The notes under the pieces are model-generated. The model was not told where the DNA came from, ran no database searches, and saw only the letters and a list, made by a program, of their open reading frames with translations. 64,000 nucleotides of DNA from Planctomycetota bacterium. GTDB lineage: Bacteria; Planctomycetota; UBA1135; UBA2386. Below, piece after piece: positions 45,513-54,375 of this stretch. The position numbers were made by a program, and so were the translations under genes. The stretch spans positions 277,694 to 341,693 of the forward strand of contig JACKHZ010000013.1 in assembly GCA_020638735.1 (NCBI GenBank), written 5' to 3'. Within the stretch, counting starts at the first letter, position 1. Each line of letters opens with the position of its first letter.

Positions 45513-46087
45513 GACGGCACCGCTCCGTTGACGCGCAGCATGTTGCAGAACATCGCGCCCTGCTCGCGCGCGTCGTCGAGCGCGACGTGCGTGTGCGGCA
45601 GCTCGTCCGACCACTCGGCCGGCAGCGCGCCCTTCACGCAGTCCCGATACGGTCGCTTCAGCATCGCCATCGCGTAGGTCTTGACGTCCAGCGCCGAGTG
45701 GCCGAACGGCACGTCGCCACAGTAGCGCTGCAGATACCAGTAGACCCACATGAAGTCGTAGGCCGCGGGCTGGCCGACGAACACCACGCGCCCCGGCAGA
45801 TGTCGCAGCCACTTCGCGTAGCGCGGCATCACATCGGCCGGGTCCTCGGGGTTCTCGCGCGCCTTCGCCAGCGCGGCGGGGAAGCCTTCCCACCACAGCA
45901 TCGTGCGTTCGTGCGGCGCGGCGCCCGGCAGGGTCTGCAGGTTGGCGGAGAACTCGTCGACGACGCTCTTGTCGGCGCGCAGCGCGACCGACGCGAAGCT
46001 CAGCATCGAATGCGGTCCGGGGATCGGGCCGTCGGCCTCGACGTCGGTGCTGATGTAGATCTCTTCGGGCATGACGGGACGGGTCAT
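45509..46087 (-). CDS. DEDDh-type 3'-5' exonuclease domain protein
   Basis: 192 aa. Motif I is [14 protein letters not shown], motif II-like is [13 protein letters not shown], and motif III is [13 protein letters not shown]. Confidence 0.75.
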   Translation of the reverse strand: MTRPVMPEEIYISTDVEADGPIPGPHSMLSFASVALRADKSVVDEFSANLQTLPGAAPHERTMLWWEGFPAALAKARENPEDPADVMPRYAKWLRHLPGRVVFVGQPAAYDFMWVYWYLQRYCGDVPFGHSALDVKTYAMAMLKRPYRDCVKGALPAEWSDELPHTHVALDDAREQGAMFCNMLRVNGAVPS

Positions 46088-46134
46088 CTTGCCGGCTACC
46101 AGGGGCGCGCGCTGCCCGGTGGCGCGGTTATCTT

Positions 46135-46914
46135 GTGACGGAGCGTGGCGGAGACGCAGGAGCAGGTGACATGTACCTCAACCAGTCCCACAACAGTCCG
46201 TATTGGGCGCAACCGCGACCGCAGCTCGCCTTCCTGATCTTGATCATGCTGTGGATGCCGCGATCGCCGTTCGCCGATCTCGGCTGGTGGGCCCTGCTAC
46301 CGATGCTCGCGATCGTCGGCGGTGTGCTTTGGTGGACGCTGTCCCCAGACGGGCGCTCCGGCGTGCTACGCACGATGCAACGGCTGCAGAAGGATGTGCA
46401 CTGGTTCCAGCTGCGCCCGGTCACCTGCCACGAGCTGGGCGACGGCGACGAACTGCGCACCGCGCTGACGAAGCACGGCTATCAGGTCATCGAACTCGAC
46501 GGCCAGGGCATCACGTCGTGGCAGAGCCTCGGCGAAGCACTGCAGCCGCACACCGCACCGCTGCGCTTCCCCGAAGAGCCGCGCAACCACGTGCGTGCGC
46601 TGCTCGCGCAGATGGCCTGCGAGAAGCCGCGCCGCCGCGCGATCGTCTGGCGCAACGCGATCGTCGCCGCGCAGCACGACCCGGCGTTCTTCGCCCGCGT
46701 GCTCGCCGACCAGGCCTCACAGGCGCTGACGCTGCCGGCAGGTCTACTGCTGTTCGTCGACCTGCCCGAAGCCGCACCACAGCCCCGCAGCGAACGCGAC
46801 GTCGAGATGCGCTTGCCGCACGGCGAGCCGCGCGACGTCGACCGCGGCGTGCTCACCCGCGCGCCGGACGACGCGTGGTGGAAGCCGAAGCCCGGTGAGA
46901 TGACGCACGGATGA
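46135..46914 (+). CDS. membrane-anchored barstar-like protein (paralogue 1)
   Basis: 259 aa with two N-terminal TM helices ([11 protein letters not shown]; [19 protein letters not shown]). A barstar-like pattern follows: [40 protein letters not shown]......RRAIVWRNA....DPAFFARVL. The start is either the GTG at 46135 or the ATG at 46171. The domain call is tentative. Confidence 0.5.
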   Translation: MTERGGDAGAGDMYLNQSHNSPYWAQPRPQLAFLILIMLWMPRSPFADLGWWALLPMLAIVGGVLWWTLSPDGRSGVLRTMQRLQKDVHWFQLRPVTCHELGDGDELRTALTKHGYQVIELDGQGITSWQSLGEALQPHTAPLRFPEEPRNHVRALLAQMACEKPRRRAIVWRNAIVAAQHDPAFFARVLADQASQALTLPAGLLLFVDLPEAAPQPRSERDVEMRLPHGEPRDVDRGVLTRAPDDAWWKPKPGEMTHG

Positions 46915-47486
46915 AGCCGCCGCGTCGCCGACCGAAGAAGTGGCCACCGTGGCGATGGCCTTTGTGGATCCGGCTCGTGATCGCCGCCACGGTGATGGTC
47001 ATGCCGTTCTTGACTGGCCGCCCTCAGAGCTTCTGGTTCGCGCCGCTGTGGTTCCCGATGCTGTTTGGCCTGTTCTATCAGGTGCCGATCTCACTCGAAC
47101 CGATGGTGCGCTGGGCCGACGGCATCACCTTCGACGCCGCGCAGCAGCTGCTGCGCTCGCCGGCGCGCCACCTGCTGCACCTCGACGGCAGCAAGGTGCA
47201 CGACGCCGCGAGCCTGGTGCGCGCCCTCGACGCGCTGCTCGGTGCCTTCGAAGTGCCGGCTGACGCGCTGCAGCGCTCGCTCGCGCACATCGCCTTCGAG
47301 TCGCGAGGCTCCGGCCTGCGCACCATCGTCTGGACCGACGCCCGCAACCTCGCCGACAACGACCCGGCGACGTTCCGGACTTTCGTCACCGAGTGGAACG
47401 AACGCATCGAACCCACCAACTGGTTCGAGCGTGTGCTGATCCTGGACATGCCGGTGCCGGCGGCGGAGTGGGCCCAAGCGGCCTGA
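46911..47486 (+). CDS. membrane-anchored barstar-like protein (paralogue 2)
   Basis: 191 aa with an ATGA overlap to the previous gene. TM helices are LWIRLVIAATVMVMPFL and FWFAPLWFPMLFGLFYQV. The barstar-like pattern is LLHLDGSKVHDAASLVRALDALLGAFEVPADALQRSL....LRTIVWTDARNLADNDPATFRTFVTEW. Confidence 0.5.
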   Translation: MKPPRRRPKKWPPWRWPLWIRLVIAATVMVMPFLTGRPQSFWFAPLWFPMLFGLFYQVPISLEPMVRWADGITFDAAQQLLRSPARHLLHLDGSKVHDAASLVRALDALLGAFEVPADALQRSLAHIAFESRGSGLRTIVWTDARNLADNDPATFRTFVTEWNERIEPTNWFERVLILDMPVPAAEWAQAA

Positions 47487-47515
47487 GCGCTGCCCCCGGT
47501 CGCGCACTCTGCTGT

Positions 47516-48484
47516 GTGACCTCACCGCACGACGCCCTGTTCCGCTTCGTGTTCGGCGACTGCGAGCACGCCGCCGGGCTGCTGCGCAGCGCCCTGCCAG
47601 CCGACGTGGCGGCCGCCATCGACTGGACGACGCTCGAACGCCTCGCCGAACCGCACCCCGACGGGCGCGGAGGGGAACGGGTCTGTGACCTGTTGTTCTC
47701 CTGTCGCCTGCGATCAGGCCCGCGCCTCTTGCTCTACGTCGTGCTGGAGCACAAGTCGCGCGGCCGACGCTTCGACGTGCTGCAGGTCTTCGCCCAGGTC
47801 ACGGCCGTGCTCGAACGCTACCGGCGCGAACACCCTGGCGAACGCTTCTTGCCTGCCGTGCTGCCGGTCGTGCTGCACGTCGGCCGCCGCCCCTGGGCAG
47901 CGCCGGTGTCGCTGCGCGAACTGTTCGACGTCGATGCGCTGCCGGCCGGAGTGGTGCAGCACCTGCCCGACTTGACCGTGCGGCTCGACGACGTCAACCG
48001 CGACGACGAACGGGCCCTGCGCGACCGCGCCCTGTCGCTGACCGGTCTGTGGAGCCTCGCGTCGCTCCGCTACCTGCCCGCGCTCAGCGACGACCCCAAG
48101 GGCCTCGCGCGCTGGCTCGAGACCTGGGCAGACGTCATCGAAGAGGTCGTCTGCGCGCCCACGGGCCAAGAAGCCGTGCGGGCGATATCCTCCTACCTCC
48201 TCCAGACCTCGCGCCTGCCGCGCCTGCGCGTCGAGGTCGTCATGCAACGCATCCTCAACGAACGAGCCATGACCCGCCGCAAGTCCACCTACGACCAGAT
48301 CGTCGAAGAAGAGCGCGCGCACGGCAGCGCGTCCGTCGTTCTGCGCCAGCTGACCCGTCGCTTCGGCCCGCTGCCGGACGGCGTCGAGCAGCGCGTGCGC
48401 ACGGCTGGAAGCGAAGACCTGGATCGTTGGGCCGATCGCCTGCTGGACGCGGCGACGCTCGACGAGGTGTTCGAAGGGGCGTAG
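47516..48484 (+). CDS. Rpn-family recombination-promoting nuclease / putative transposase (YhgA-like PD-(D/E)XK) with DUF4351-like C-terminus
   Basis: The probable GTG start at 47516 gives VTSPHDALFRFVFGDCEHAAGLLRSALP. The nuclease core is RVCDLLFSCRL...LLLYVVLEHKSR. The C-terminus SVVLRQLTRRFGPLPDGVEQRVRTAGSEDLDRWADRLLDAATLDEVF is typical of this family. Confidence 0.8.
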   Translation: MTSPHDALFRFVFGDCEHAAGLLRSALPADVAAAIDWTTLERLAEPHPDGRGGERVCDLLFSCRLRSGPRLLLYVVLEHKSRGRRFDVLQVFAQVTAVLERYRREHPGERFLPAVLPVVLHVGRRPWAAPVSLRELFDVDALPAGVVQHLPDLTVRLDDVNRDDERALRDRALSLTGLWSLASLRYLPALSDDPKGLARWLETWADVIEEVVCAPTGQEAVRAISSYLLQTSRLPRLRVEVVMQRILNERAMTRRKSTYDQIVEEERAHGSASVVLRQLTRRFGPLPDGVEQRVRTAGSEDLDRWADRLLDAATLDEVFEGA

Positions 48485-48520
48485 CGAATCGCGCCGATCG
48501 CCTCGGCGACCTGCACCCGC

Positions 48521-49675
48521 TCAGTCGAGCCGCTCGAGATCCTGTTGCAGCCGATGGATCGACAGCGCCCGGATGCCGTCGCGCAGCCACCACGTCGACG
48601 GCCCCAGGTGCACGACGTCGAGGCGTTCGAGCTGCAGGTCCTGCATCGCCGCATGCATCGACCGGGTCGTCGTCGGCTCCTCGCTGCGCTTGAACTCGAA
48701 CCCCAGGCGGCGATCCCCGCGCACGACCAGCAGATCCAGCTCCGCGCCAGCGTGCGTCGCCCAGAACCAGCACTCGTCGTCCTTGGCCCCCAGGCGCTTC
48801 TGCACCTGATGCAGCGCGAACCCCTCGAACGATGCGCCGACCAACGGGTGACCGGCGAGCTGCTCGGGCGTGCGGATGTCGTGCAGCGTGTGCAGCAGTC
48901 CGGAGTCGAGCACGTAGACCTTGGGCGATTTGACCAGGCGTTTGCCGAGGTTGGCGAACCACGGTCGCAGCAACCGGACCACCATCGCGTCGCAGAGCAC
49001 GTCGAGGTAGTTGCGCACCGTCGTCGGCGACGAGCCCATGGCCCGCGCCAGTTCGGCGTGGTTGAGCACCCGCCCGCTCCAGTGCGCCAGCATCATCCAG
49101 AACTCACGCATGCGCAGGAACGGCGTCGTGACGCCCATCATCGGCAGGTCGCGCGCCAGGAAGGTCTCGAGGAAGCTGCTGCGCCAGCCGAAGCTGTCGG
49201 CGTCGTTCTCGGCGAGGAACGAGCGCGGAAAGCCGCCGCGCAACCACAGCTTCGACAGGGAGTCGGCGCCGACCTCGCCCAGCTCGAAGCCGTCGAGCCG
49301 CAACCAACCGACGCGGCCGGCGAGCGACTCGGAACCCTGCTGCAACAGCTTGCCGGAGGCACTGCCGAGCAACAGGAAGCGCGCCGGATCGTCCGGGCGA
49401 TCGAGCAGCACGCGCAGCGCGGGGAACAGTTCGGGTCGCTGCTGGATCTCGTCGAGCACGATCAGCCCGCGCAACGGCTCGAGCGTGCTCATCGCGTTGT
49501 CGAGTTGGCGACGGTGGCGTGGATCCTCCAGGTCGAAGAAGTGCACGGGCCCGTCCTGCTCGGCGGCGAACTGACGCGCCAGGGTGGTCTTGCCCACCTG
49601 ACGCGCACCGAGGATCGCAACAGCCTTGGACCAGCGGTAGAGCGTGTTCAGTTCGGTCCGAGCGAGCCTGAGCAT
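48521..49675 (-). CDS. AAA+ ATPase with C-terminal DUF4143 (COG1373-type)
   Basis: 384 aa. Walker A is AILGARQVGKTTL and Walker B is GLIVLDEIQ. Further family motifs are FLLLGSAS...SLAGR, a winged-helix/DUF4143-like region (KVYVLDSGLLHTL) and ELDLLVV...GFEFKRS. Confidence 0.85.
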   Translation of the reverse strand: MLRLARTELNTLYRWSKAVAILGARQVGKTTLARQFAAEQDGPVHFFDLEDPRHRRQLDNAMSTLEPLRGLIVLDEIQQRPELFPALRVLLDRPDDPARFLLLGSASGKLLQQGSESLAGRVGWLRLDGFELGEVGADSLSKLWLRGGFPRSFLAENDADSFGWRSSFLETFLARDLPMMGVTTPFLRMREFWMMLAHWSGRVLNHAELARAMGSSPTTVRNYLDVLCDAMVVRLLRPWFANLGKRLVKSPKVYVLDSGLLHTLHDIRTPEQLAGHPLVGASFEGFALHQVQKRLGAKDDECWFWATHAGAELDLLVVRGDRRLGFEFKRSEEPTTTRSMHAAMQDLQLERLDVVHLGPSTWWLRDGIRALSIHRLQQDLERLD

Positions 49676-49863
49676 ATGGGAATCCTGGCTTCTTGGTTAC
49701 GTTTTTCAAGCGTAAGGCATCAAGTTGCATAGAATATCGTCACTCTAGATAACGATTTTCTAGCAAATAGCTCGATGGGAGCCATGCGACCGTTCGGGCT
49801 GGCGGCCCGAGCCAGGACTCGAAGATCCGTGTAACCGCTGAGCGATCCGAGCCACTGTCCAGT
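49676..49863. promoter_or_regulatory. strikingly A/T-rich divergent intergenic region (likely promoters for the AAA ATPase and XPB-like genes)
   Basis: The sequence ...ggttacgtttttcaagcgtaaggcatcaagttgcatagaatatcgtcactctagataacgattttctagcaaatagctcg... is by far the most A/T-rich stretch in the window. It contains short dyads (ATCGT-N11-ACGAT around TCTAGA). Confidence 0.45.
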
Positions 49864-51219
49864 GTGGCCCAGCCTTCCGCTCCGATCACGACCCTGAGCT
49901 TCCGCGCCGGCAACGTCGAGGCGTCTCCATGGCCGGAGACGCTGCCACCCCCGTTCGGTGCCCGGCTGGTCCCTGCGCCGTCCGGACCACCCGGGCTGCT
50001 CGCACCCGGCCGCATGCGTTGGCGCCTGCGGCATGCGCTCGAAGGCGCCGCCGCCGCCTACCGCGACGGCATCGCCACCACGGCGTCACATCTGCAGAGG
50101 TCACATCTGCAGAGGGAGCATCTGCAGGCCACACGCTGGCGGTCGACGAGCATGGCGATCGAGAACCTGCGCCTAGCAGGCTACCGCGGGCTGCTGCACG
50201 CCACACCCGAACCGCTGCGCGTCGCGATCGCCGTCGCCCTGGCCCGCACGCTGAACCAACGCGCCCTGGTCGCCGTGATCGACTCGGCCGCCTGCGACCG
50301 CTGGCACCGTCAGGCTGGCCTCGATGCAGCGCTGCTCGAGGTGCACACCTTCGCACGGCTGGCGAGGGAGATGCGCTGGCGCGGCGGTCAGCAGGACCTG
50401 CTCGTGGTCGACGGCCCCGAGGCGATTCCGCATGGCATCGCCAGCGCGGTGTGCGATGCCTCGGCCGCGCTGGCGCGCGTCGGCTTCCTCGACCAGCTCG
50501 ACACGGCGACGGTCGAACGGTTCGCGAGCAGCCTCGGACCGCTGCTGCTCCTCTCCCGCTGCGAAGCACCTGACGGCGACTCTCCCGGCCGCTCCACCGA
50601 ACTGCGCGTGCCGCTGCCCGACGATCGCTTGGATCGCTACCAGGCGGCATGGCACACGTTCCTGACCGCCTACGACCGCTTCCTCGCCGCGCGTGGCAAC
50701 GCCGGCTTCGGCGCCTTCTTGCAGCAGGCTCGCAGCGACCCCGCGCAGCGGCCCGCGGTGTTCGCCTGGCACGAAGCAGTTCGCCTCGCGGCGTGGCATC
50801 CGGGCAAGGCCGCACTGCTGGGCGAGCTGCTGCGCCGACACGAAGCCGAACGGACGCTGGTCTTCACGCCAGATCGCAACAGCGCCTACGAGATCGCCAG
50901 CGCGCACCTGGTGCCGGCGGTCACCGCCGAGTTGCCACGCGCGGAGCGCCGCGCCCTCCTCGAGGCGTTCGCCACCGGCCAGCTGACGACGCTAGCCGGG
51001 CCGCGCCTGCTGGAGACCGGCGTCGATCAGCAGCAGGCCGATGTCGCGATCCTGGTCGGCGGCGGTCACGGCACCGCACAACGTCGTCGACGCCTGCAGC
51101 GCGTGCGCACCGGCGGCCACTGCTACGAACTGACCACCCTCGAAACCCTGGAGATCGGTCGTGCCTCGCGATGGCGTGCCTCCGATGCCGATGCGGCGAT
51201 TGCCGTTCACCATGGCTGA
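49864..51219 (+). CDS. XPB/Ssl2-like superfamily-2 helicase homologue with degenerate Walker A and DExH motifs
   Basis: 451 aa with a GTG start. RecA2-like features are kept: TLVFTPDRNSAYEIASAHLVPAVTAELPRAERRALLEAFATGQL, ETGVDQQQADVAILVGG and TAQRRRRLQRVRTG. At the Walker A position it reads GLLHATPEPLRVA (no GKT), and at the motif II position LLVVDGPEAI (no DExH). It is followed by a DUF790/Bax1-like gene, the canonical XPB partner. Confidence 0.65.
   Translation: MAQPSAPITTLSFRAGNVEASPWPETLPPPFGARLVPAPSGPPGLLAPGRMRWRLRHALEGAAAAYRDGIATTASHLQRSHLQREHLQATRWRSTSMAIENLRLAGYRGLLHATPEPLRVAIAVALARTLNQRALVAVIDSAACDRWHRQAGLDAALLEVHTFARLAREMRWRGGQQDLLVVDGPEAIPHGIASAVCDASAALARVGFLDQLDTATVERFASSLGPLLLLSRCEAPDGDSPGRSTELRVPLPDDRLDRYQAAWHTFLTAYDRFLAARGNAGFGAFLQQARSDPAQRPAVFAWHEAVRLAAWHPGKAALLGELLRRHEAERTLVFTPDRNSAYEIASAHLVPAVTAELPRAERRALLEAFATGQLTTLAGPRLLETGVDQQQADVAILVGGGHGTAQRRRRLQRVRTGGHCYELTTLETLEIGRASRWRASDADAAIAVHHG
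50086..50130 (+). repeat. 15-bp in-frame tandem repeat (2 perfect + 1 imperfect unit), each unit containing CTGCAG
   Basis: The units are tcacatctgcagagg | tcacatctgcagagg | gagcatctgcaggcc. They encode SHLQR-SHLQR-EHLQA in the linker before the helicase core. Confidence 0.9.
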
Positions 51220-52342
51220 CGGCGAAGTGATCCCGTGCTGGCTCGGCGAACGCGACCGACCGTGGCTGCGCGACCTGCTCGAATCAGCGCTCGGCTTCGT
51301 CGGCCGCACTGCCGCCGAGCTGCGCCAGTACTGGGGGCGCGAGCCCGACCCGCGCGCCGGTCAACGCCATTGGCCTGCCAGACACGTGATCTCGAGCTGG
51401 CTCGCCCGATCCAGTCACGCGCCGCGGCGGACTTCGTGGCGCCGACGCCTGTTCGCGCTGCGCGCCGCTGGCAGCTCGCGCGAAGACGCCCTCGCCGTGG
51501 TCGCCGCCGAGAACGGCATCGACGCCGAGTTGCTCGCTCGCTCGCTGTTCGACGACCTGCCCGATCGCCGCCTGGTCAGCAGACCGGACACGCTGGACCC
51601 AGGCGTGCTCGCCGTGGTCGCCAACAGCTGCATGGTCAGGACGCTGCTGCGCCACGCCAGCAAGGCCGAGCTGAGGTCACGCGGTGGCTCACGCCTGCTG
51701 TGGCGGACGGCGTGGTTGCTCGGCGTCGCCCTCGAACACGTCGCGGACGGCGGCGCGACGCTCGCCCGATGGCGCCGCGGACCGACGGGCCTTGCGACGG
51801 GCCCCACCACAGGCCTCGCCGCCTTGGCCCCGCTGCTGCCGTGGCTGCATCGCTACCGACTGACCGCAGAACTGCAGCACCCGATCGCCCGCGGACACCT
51901 GGTGCTGGCGACGGGCGACCCGCTGCAGCCGGGACCCGAGCCCACGGCCTACGACAGCCGGCTCGAGCGACGCTTCGCCGCCGACCTGCGCCGACTGCAC
52001 CCGACGTGGCAGCTGCTGCGCGAACCCGAGCCGGTCCGCACCTCGAGCGGGCTCGCCTTCCCCGACTTCGCGATCACCGGCCCCGGGCGCCCGACGTGGC
52101 TGTGCGAGATCGCGGGCCTGCGTCAGTTGTCCTGTCTTCCGGCCAAGTTGGCGCTGCTCGAACACCCCCGCGTCGTGCTCTGCCTGCCCGAGCGCCACGT
52201 GCCCGAGCGACTGCGCGGCCATCCGCGGATCGTGCCGTTCCAGGGCCACGTTCCGGTGCCCCGCGTCGTCGCCGCCATCACAGCACCCTTCCTCGCGCCG
52301 GACACCCGGGCTAGCCTGTTCGCCCCCGAATCGAGGAACTGC
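51212..52342 (+). CDS. DUF790 / Bax1-like PD-(D/E)XK nuclease homologue; no in-frame stop before the downstream fadN-like gene
   Basis: The ATG at 51212 overlaps the helicase stop (ATGGCTGA). The N-terminus is MADGEVIPCWLGERDRPWLRDLLESALGFVGRTAAELRQYW. The C-terminal nuclease core is YDSRLERRFAADLRRLHPTWQLLREPEPV...LAFPDFAI......WLCEIAGL...PAKL. The same frame continues without a stop through 54367, so the end coordinate is nominal (set at the downstream start). Confidence 0.6.
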
Positions 52343-54367
52343 ATGAGCTTCACCCACCAAGGCCGCACGATCCGCAAGGTCGCCGTCATCGGTTCGGGCC
52401 AGATCGGCCCGGACATCGCCCTCTACTTCACCAAGGTCCTGAGCCCGTTCGGCGTCGAGACCGTCGTCGTCGACGTCAGCGAGGACGCGCTCGCCGGCGG
52501 CCGGAAGAAGCTCGAGAAGAAGGTCGCGAAGGGTGTCGAGAGCGGCGCCTTCTCGGCCGAGCAGCAGACCAAGATGACCGGCAGCGTCACCTGGACGTCG
52601 AACTACGACGCCATCAAGGGCGCCGACCTGGTCGTCGAGGCCGCCACCGAGAACAAGGAGCTCAAGGGCAAGATCTTCGGTCAGGTCGAAGGCCTCGTCC
52701 AAGACGACGCGATCCTGGTCAGCAACAGCTCGCACCTGGAGCCCGAGGTGATCTTCGCCAACGCCAAGCTCAAGGGCCGCACCGGCGTGGTGCACTACTT
52801 CTTCCCCGCCGAGCGCAACCTGCTGGTCGAGGTCGTGCCGGGCAAGGACACCGCCGCGGCGACGACGAAGTGGCTGCTGTCGTTCTACGAGGAGATCGGC
52901 AAGGTGCCGATCGAGGTGCAGTCGCGCTACGGCTACGCGCTCGATCCGGTGTTCGAGGGGCTGTTCTACGCCTGCGCGCTGCTCGCCGAAGAGGGCGTCG
53001 CGACGACCAAGCAGATCGACGTGGTCTGCAAGAAGACCTTCAAGATGGGCGTCGGTTCGTTCACGGCGATGAACCTGACCGGCGGCAACCCGATCACCGC
53101 GGTCGGTCTCGACAACTACACGACCAAGATCGGCCCCTACTTCAAGACGCCGCAATCGCTGAAGGACAAGGTCGCGCAGAAGGCCAACTGGGACGTGCCG
53201 GCGCGCGGTGAGCAGGTCGACGTGCCCGACGACGTCGCCGCCAAGGTCCGCGACGAGCTGCTCGGCGCCTACTTCGGCCTGTGCGGCGAGATCGTCGACG
53301 CGGGTCTGGTGACGATCGCCGACTTCAACATGGGCATCGAGGTCGCGCTCGACATGAAGCCGGCGTTCTCGTTCATGAACGAACTCGGCACGGCGAAGGC
53401 GCTGGCCCTGGTCGAGGCCTACGCCAAGAAGCACCAAGGCTTCCCAGTGGCGAAGTGCATCGCCGCACACGGCGCGGAGAACAAGCCGTTCGACATCCCG
53501 GTGGTGCTGCGCGAGGACCGCGATGGCATAGCCGTGCTGACGATCCGCCGCCCGAAGGTGCTCAACGCGCTCGACCAGGGCGTGTTCGCCGAGATCCAGC
53601 GCCGCTTCGAGGAGTGCCAGAAGGACCCGAAGGTCGTCGGCGTGGTGCTGACCGGCTTCGGCAAGAAGGCGTTCGTCAGCGGCGCCGACGTCAACTTCCT
53701 GGCCAAGATCGACAGCGTGCAGATGGGCGAGCAGACCTCGCGCACCTCGCAGAAGTGCGTCGACGCCGTCCAGGCAGTCACCAAGCCGACCGTCGCCGCG
53801 CTCAACGGCCTGGCGTTCGGCGGCGGCATCGAGACCGCGATGGCATGCGAGACCCGCATCGCCAGGAAGGGCCTCAAGGTGCTCGCCGGCCAGCCCGAGG
53901 CCAACCTCGGCATCATCCCCGGCGCCGGCGGCACGGTGCGCCTCGCGCGCATCGTCGGCATCGAACGAGCCAACGAGATGCTGCGCACCTGCCGTCCGAT
54001 CAGCAGCGAGAAGGCGCTCGCCTACGGCCTGATCCGCGAGGAGGTCGACGGCGACCTCGTCGGTCGCGCCGTGCAGCTCGCCAAGGAGATGGCCGAGGGC
54101 AAGGCGCCGCGTTCGCGCATGGCCGAGGGCCCGATGGCCGACGTGCCATCGACGCTGCCGGCGGTCGAGATCGGCCACCTCAGCAAGAAGGTCGACGAGA
54201 TCCTGCAGAAGGCCATCCTCGGCGCGGCAAAGCTGCCGCTGGCCGAGGCGATCCCGTTCGAGGCGAAGTGCTTCGGCGAGGTCTGCGGCACCGAGGACAT
54301 GAAGATCGGCGTGACCAACTTCATGAAGAACGGCCCGAAGGTGAAGGCCGAGTTCGTGCACCGCTGA
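52343..54367 (+). CDS. bifunctional 3-hydroxyacyl-CoA dehydrogenase (N-terminal) / enoyl-CoA hydratase (C-terminal), FadN-type domain order
   Basis: The ATG at 52343 is preceded by GAGGAA (52334-52339). The Rossmann fold is KVAVIGSGQIGPDIA. HCDH motifs are VVEAATENKELKGKIF, SNSSHL and VVHYFFPAERNLLVEVV. The crotonase fold is IAVLTIRRPKVLNALD...VVLTGFGKKAFVSGADV....LNGLAFGGGIETAMAC. Confidence 0.9.
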   Translation: MSFTHQGRTIRKVAVIGSGQIGPDIALYFTKVLSPFGVETVVVDVSEDALAGGRKKLEKKVAKGVESGAFSAEQQTKMTGSVTWTSNYDAIKGADLVVEAATENKELKGKIFGQVEGLVQDDAILVSNSSHLEPEVIFANAKLKGRTGVVHYFFPAERNLLVEVVPGKDTAAATTKWLLSFYEEIGKVPIEVQSRYGYALDPVFEGLFYACALLAEEGVATTKQIDVVCKKTFKMGVGSFTAMNLTGGNPITAVGLDNYTTKIGPYFKTPQSLKDKVAQKANWDVPARGEQVDVPDDVAAKVRDELLGAYFGLCGEIVDAGLVTIADFNMGIEVALDMKPAFSFMNELGTAKALALVEAYAKKHQGFPVAKCIAAHGAENKPFDIPVVLREDRDGIAVLTIRRPKVLNALDQGVFAEIQRRFEECQKDPKVVGVVLTGFGKKAFVSGADVNFLAKIDSVQMGEQTSRTSQKCVDAVQAVTKPTVAALNGLAFGGGIETAMACETRIARKGLKVLAGQPEANLGIIPGAGGTVRLARIVGIERANEMLRTCRPISSEKALAYGLIREEVDGDLVGRAVQLAKEMAEGKAPRSRMAEGPMADVPSTLPAVEIGHLSKKVDEILQKAILGAAKLPLAEAIPFEAKCFGEVCGTEDMKIGVTNFMKNGPKVKAEFVHR

Positions 54368-54375
54368 CCTGACGG

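Noticed and set aside
51161-54367. Treating the 1068-aa ORF as one genuine Bax1-FadN fusion protein
   Set aside because: A strong GAGGAA-N5-ATG start precedes a canonical Rossmann N-terminus at 52343, and DUF790 homology ends about 50 nt earlier. I therefore annotated two genes and reported the missing stop as an observation instead.
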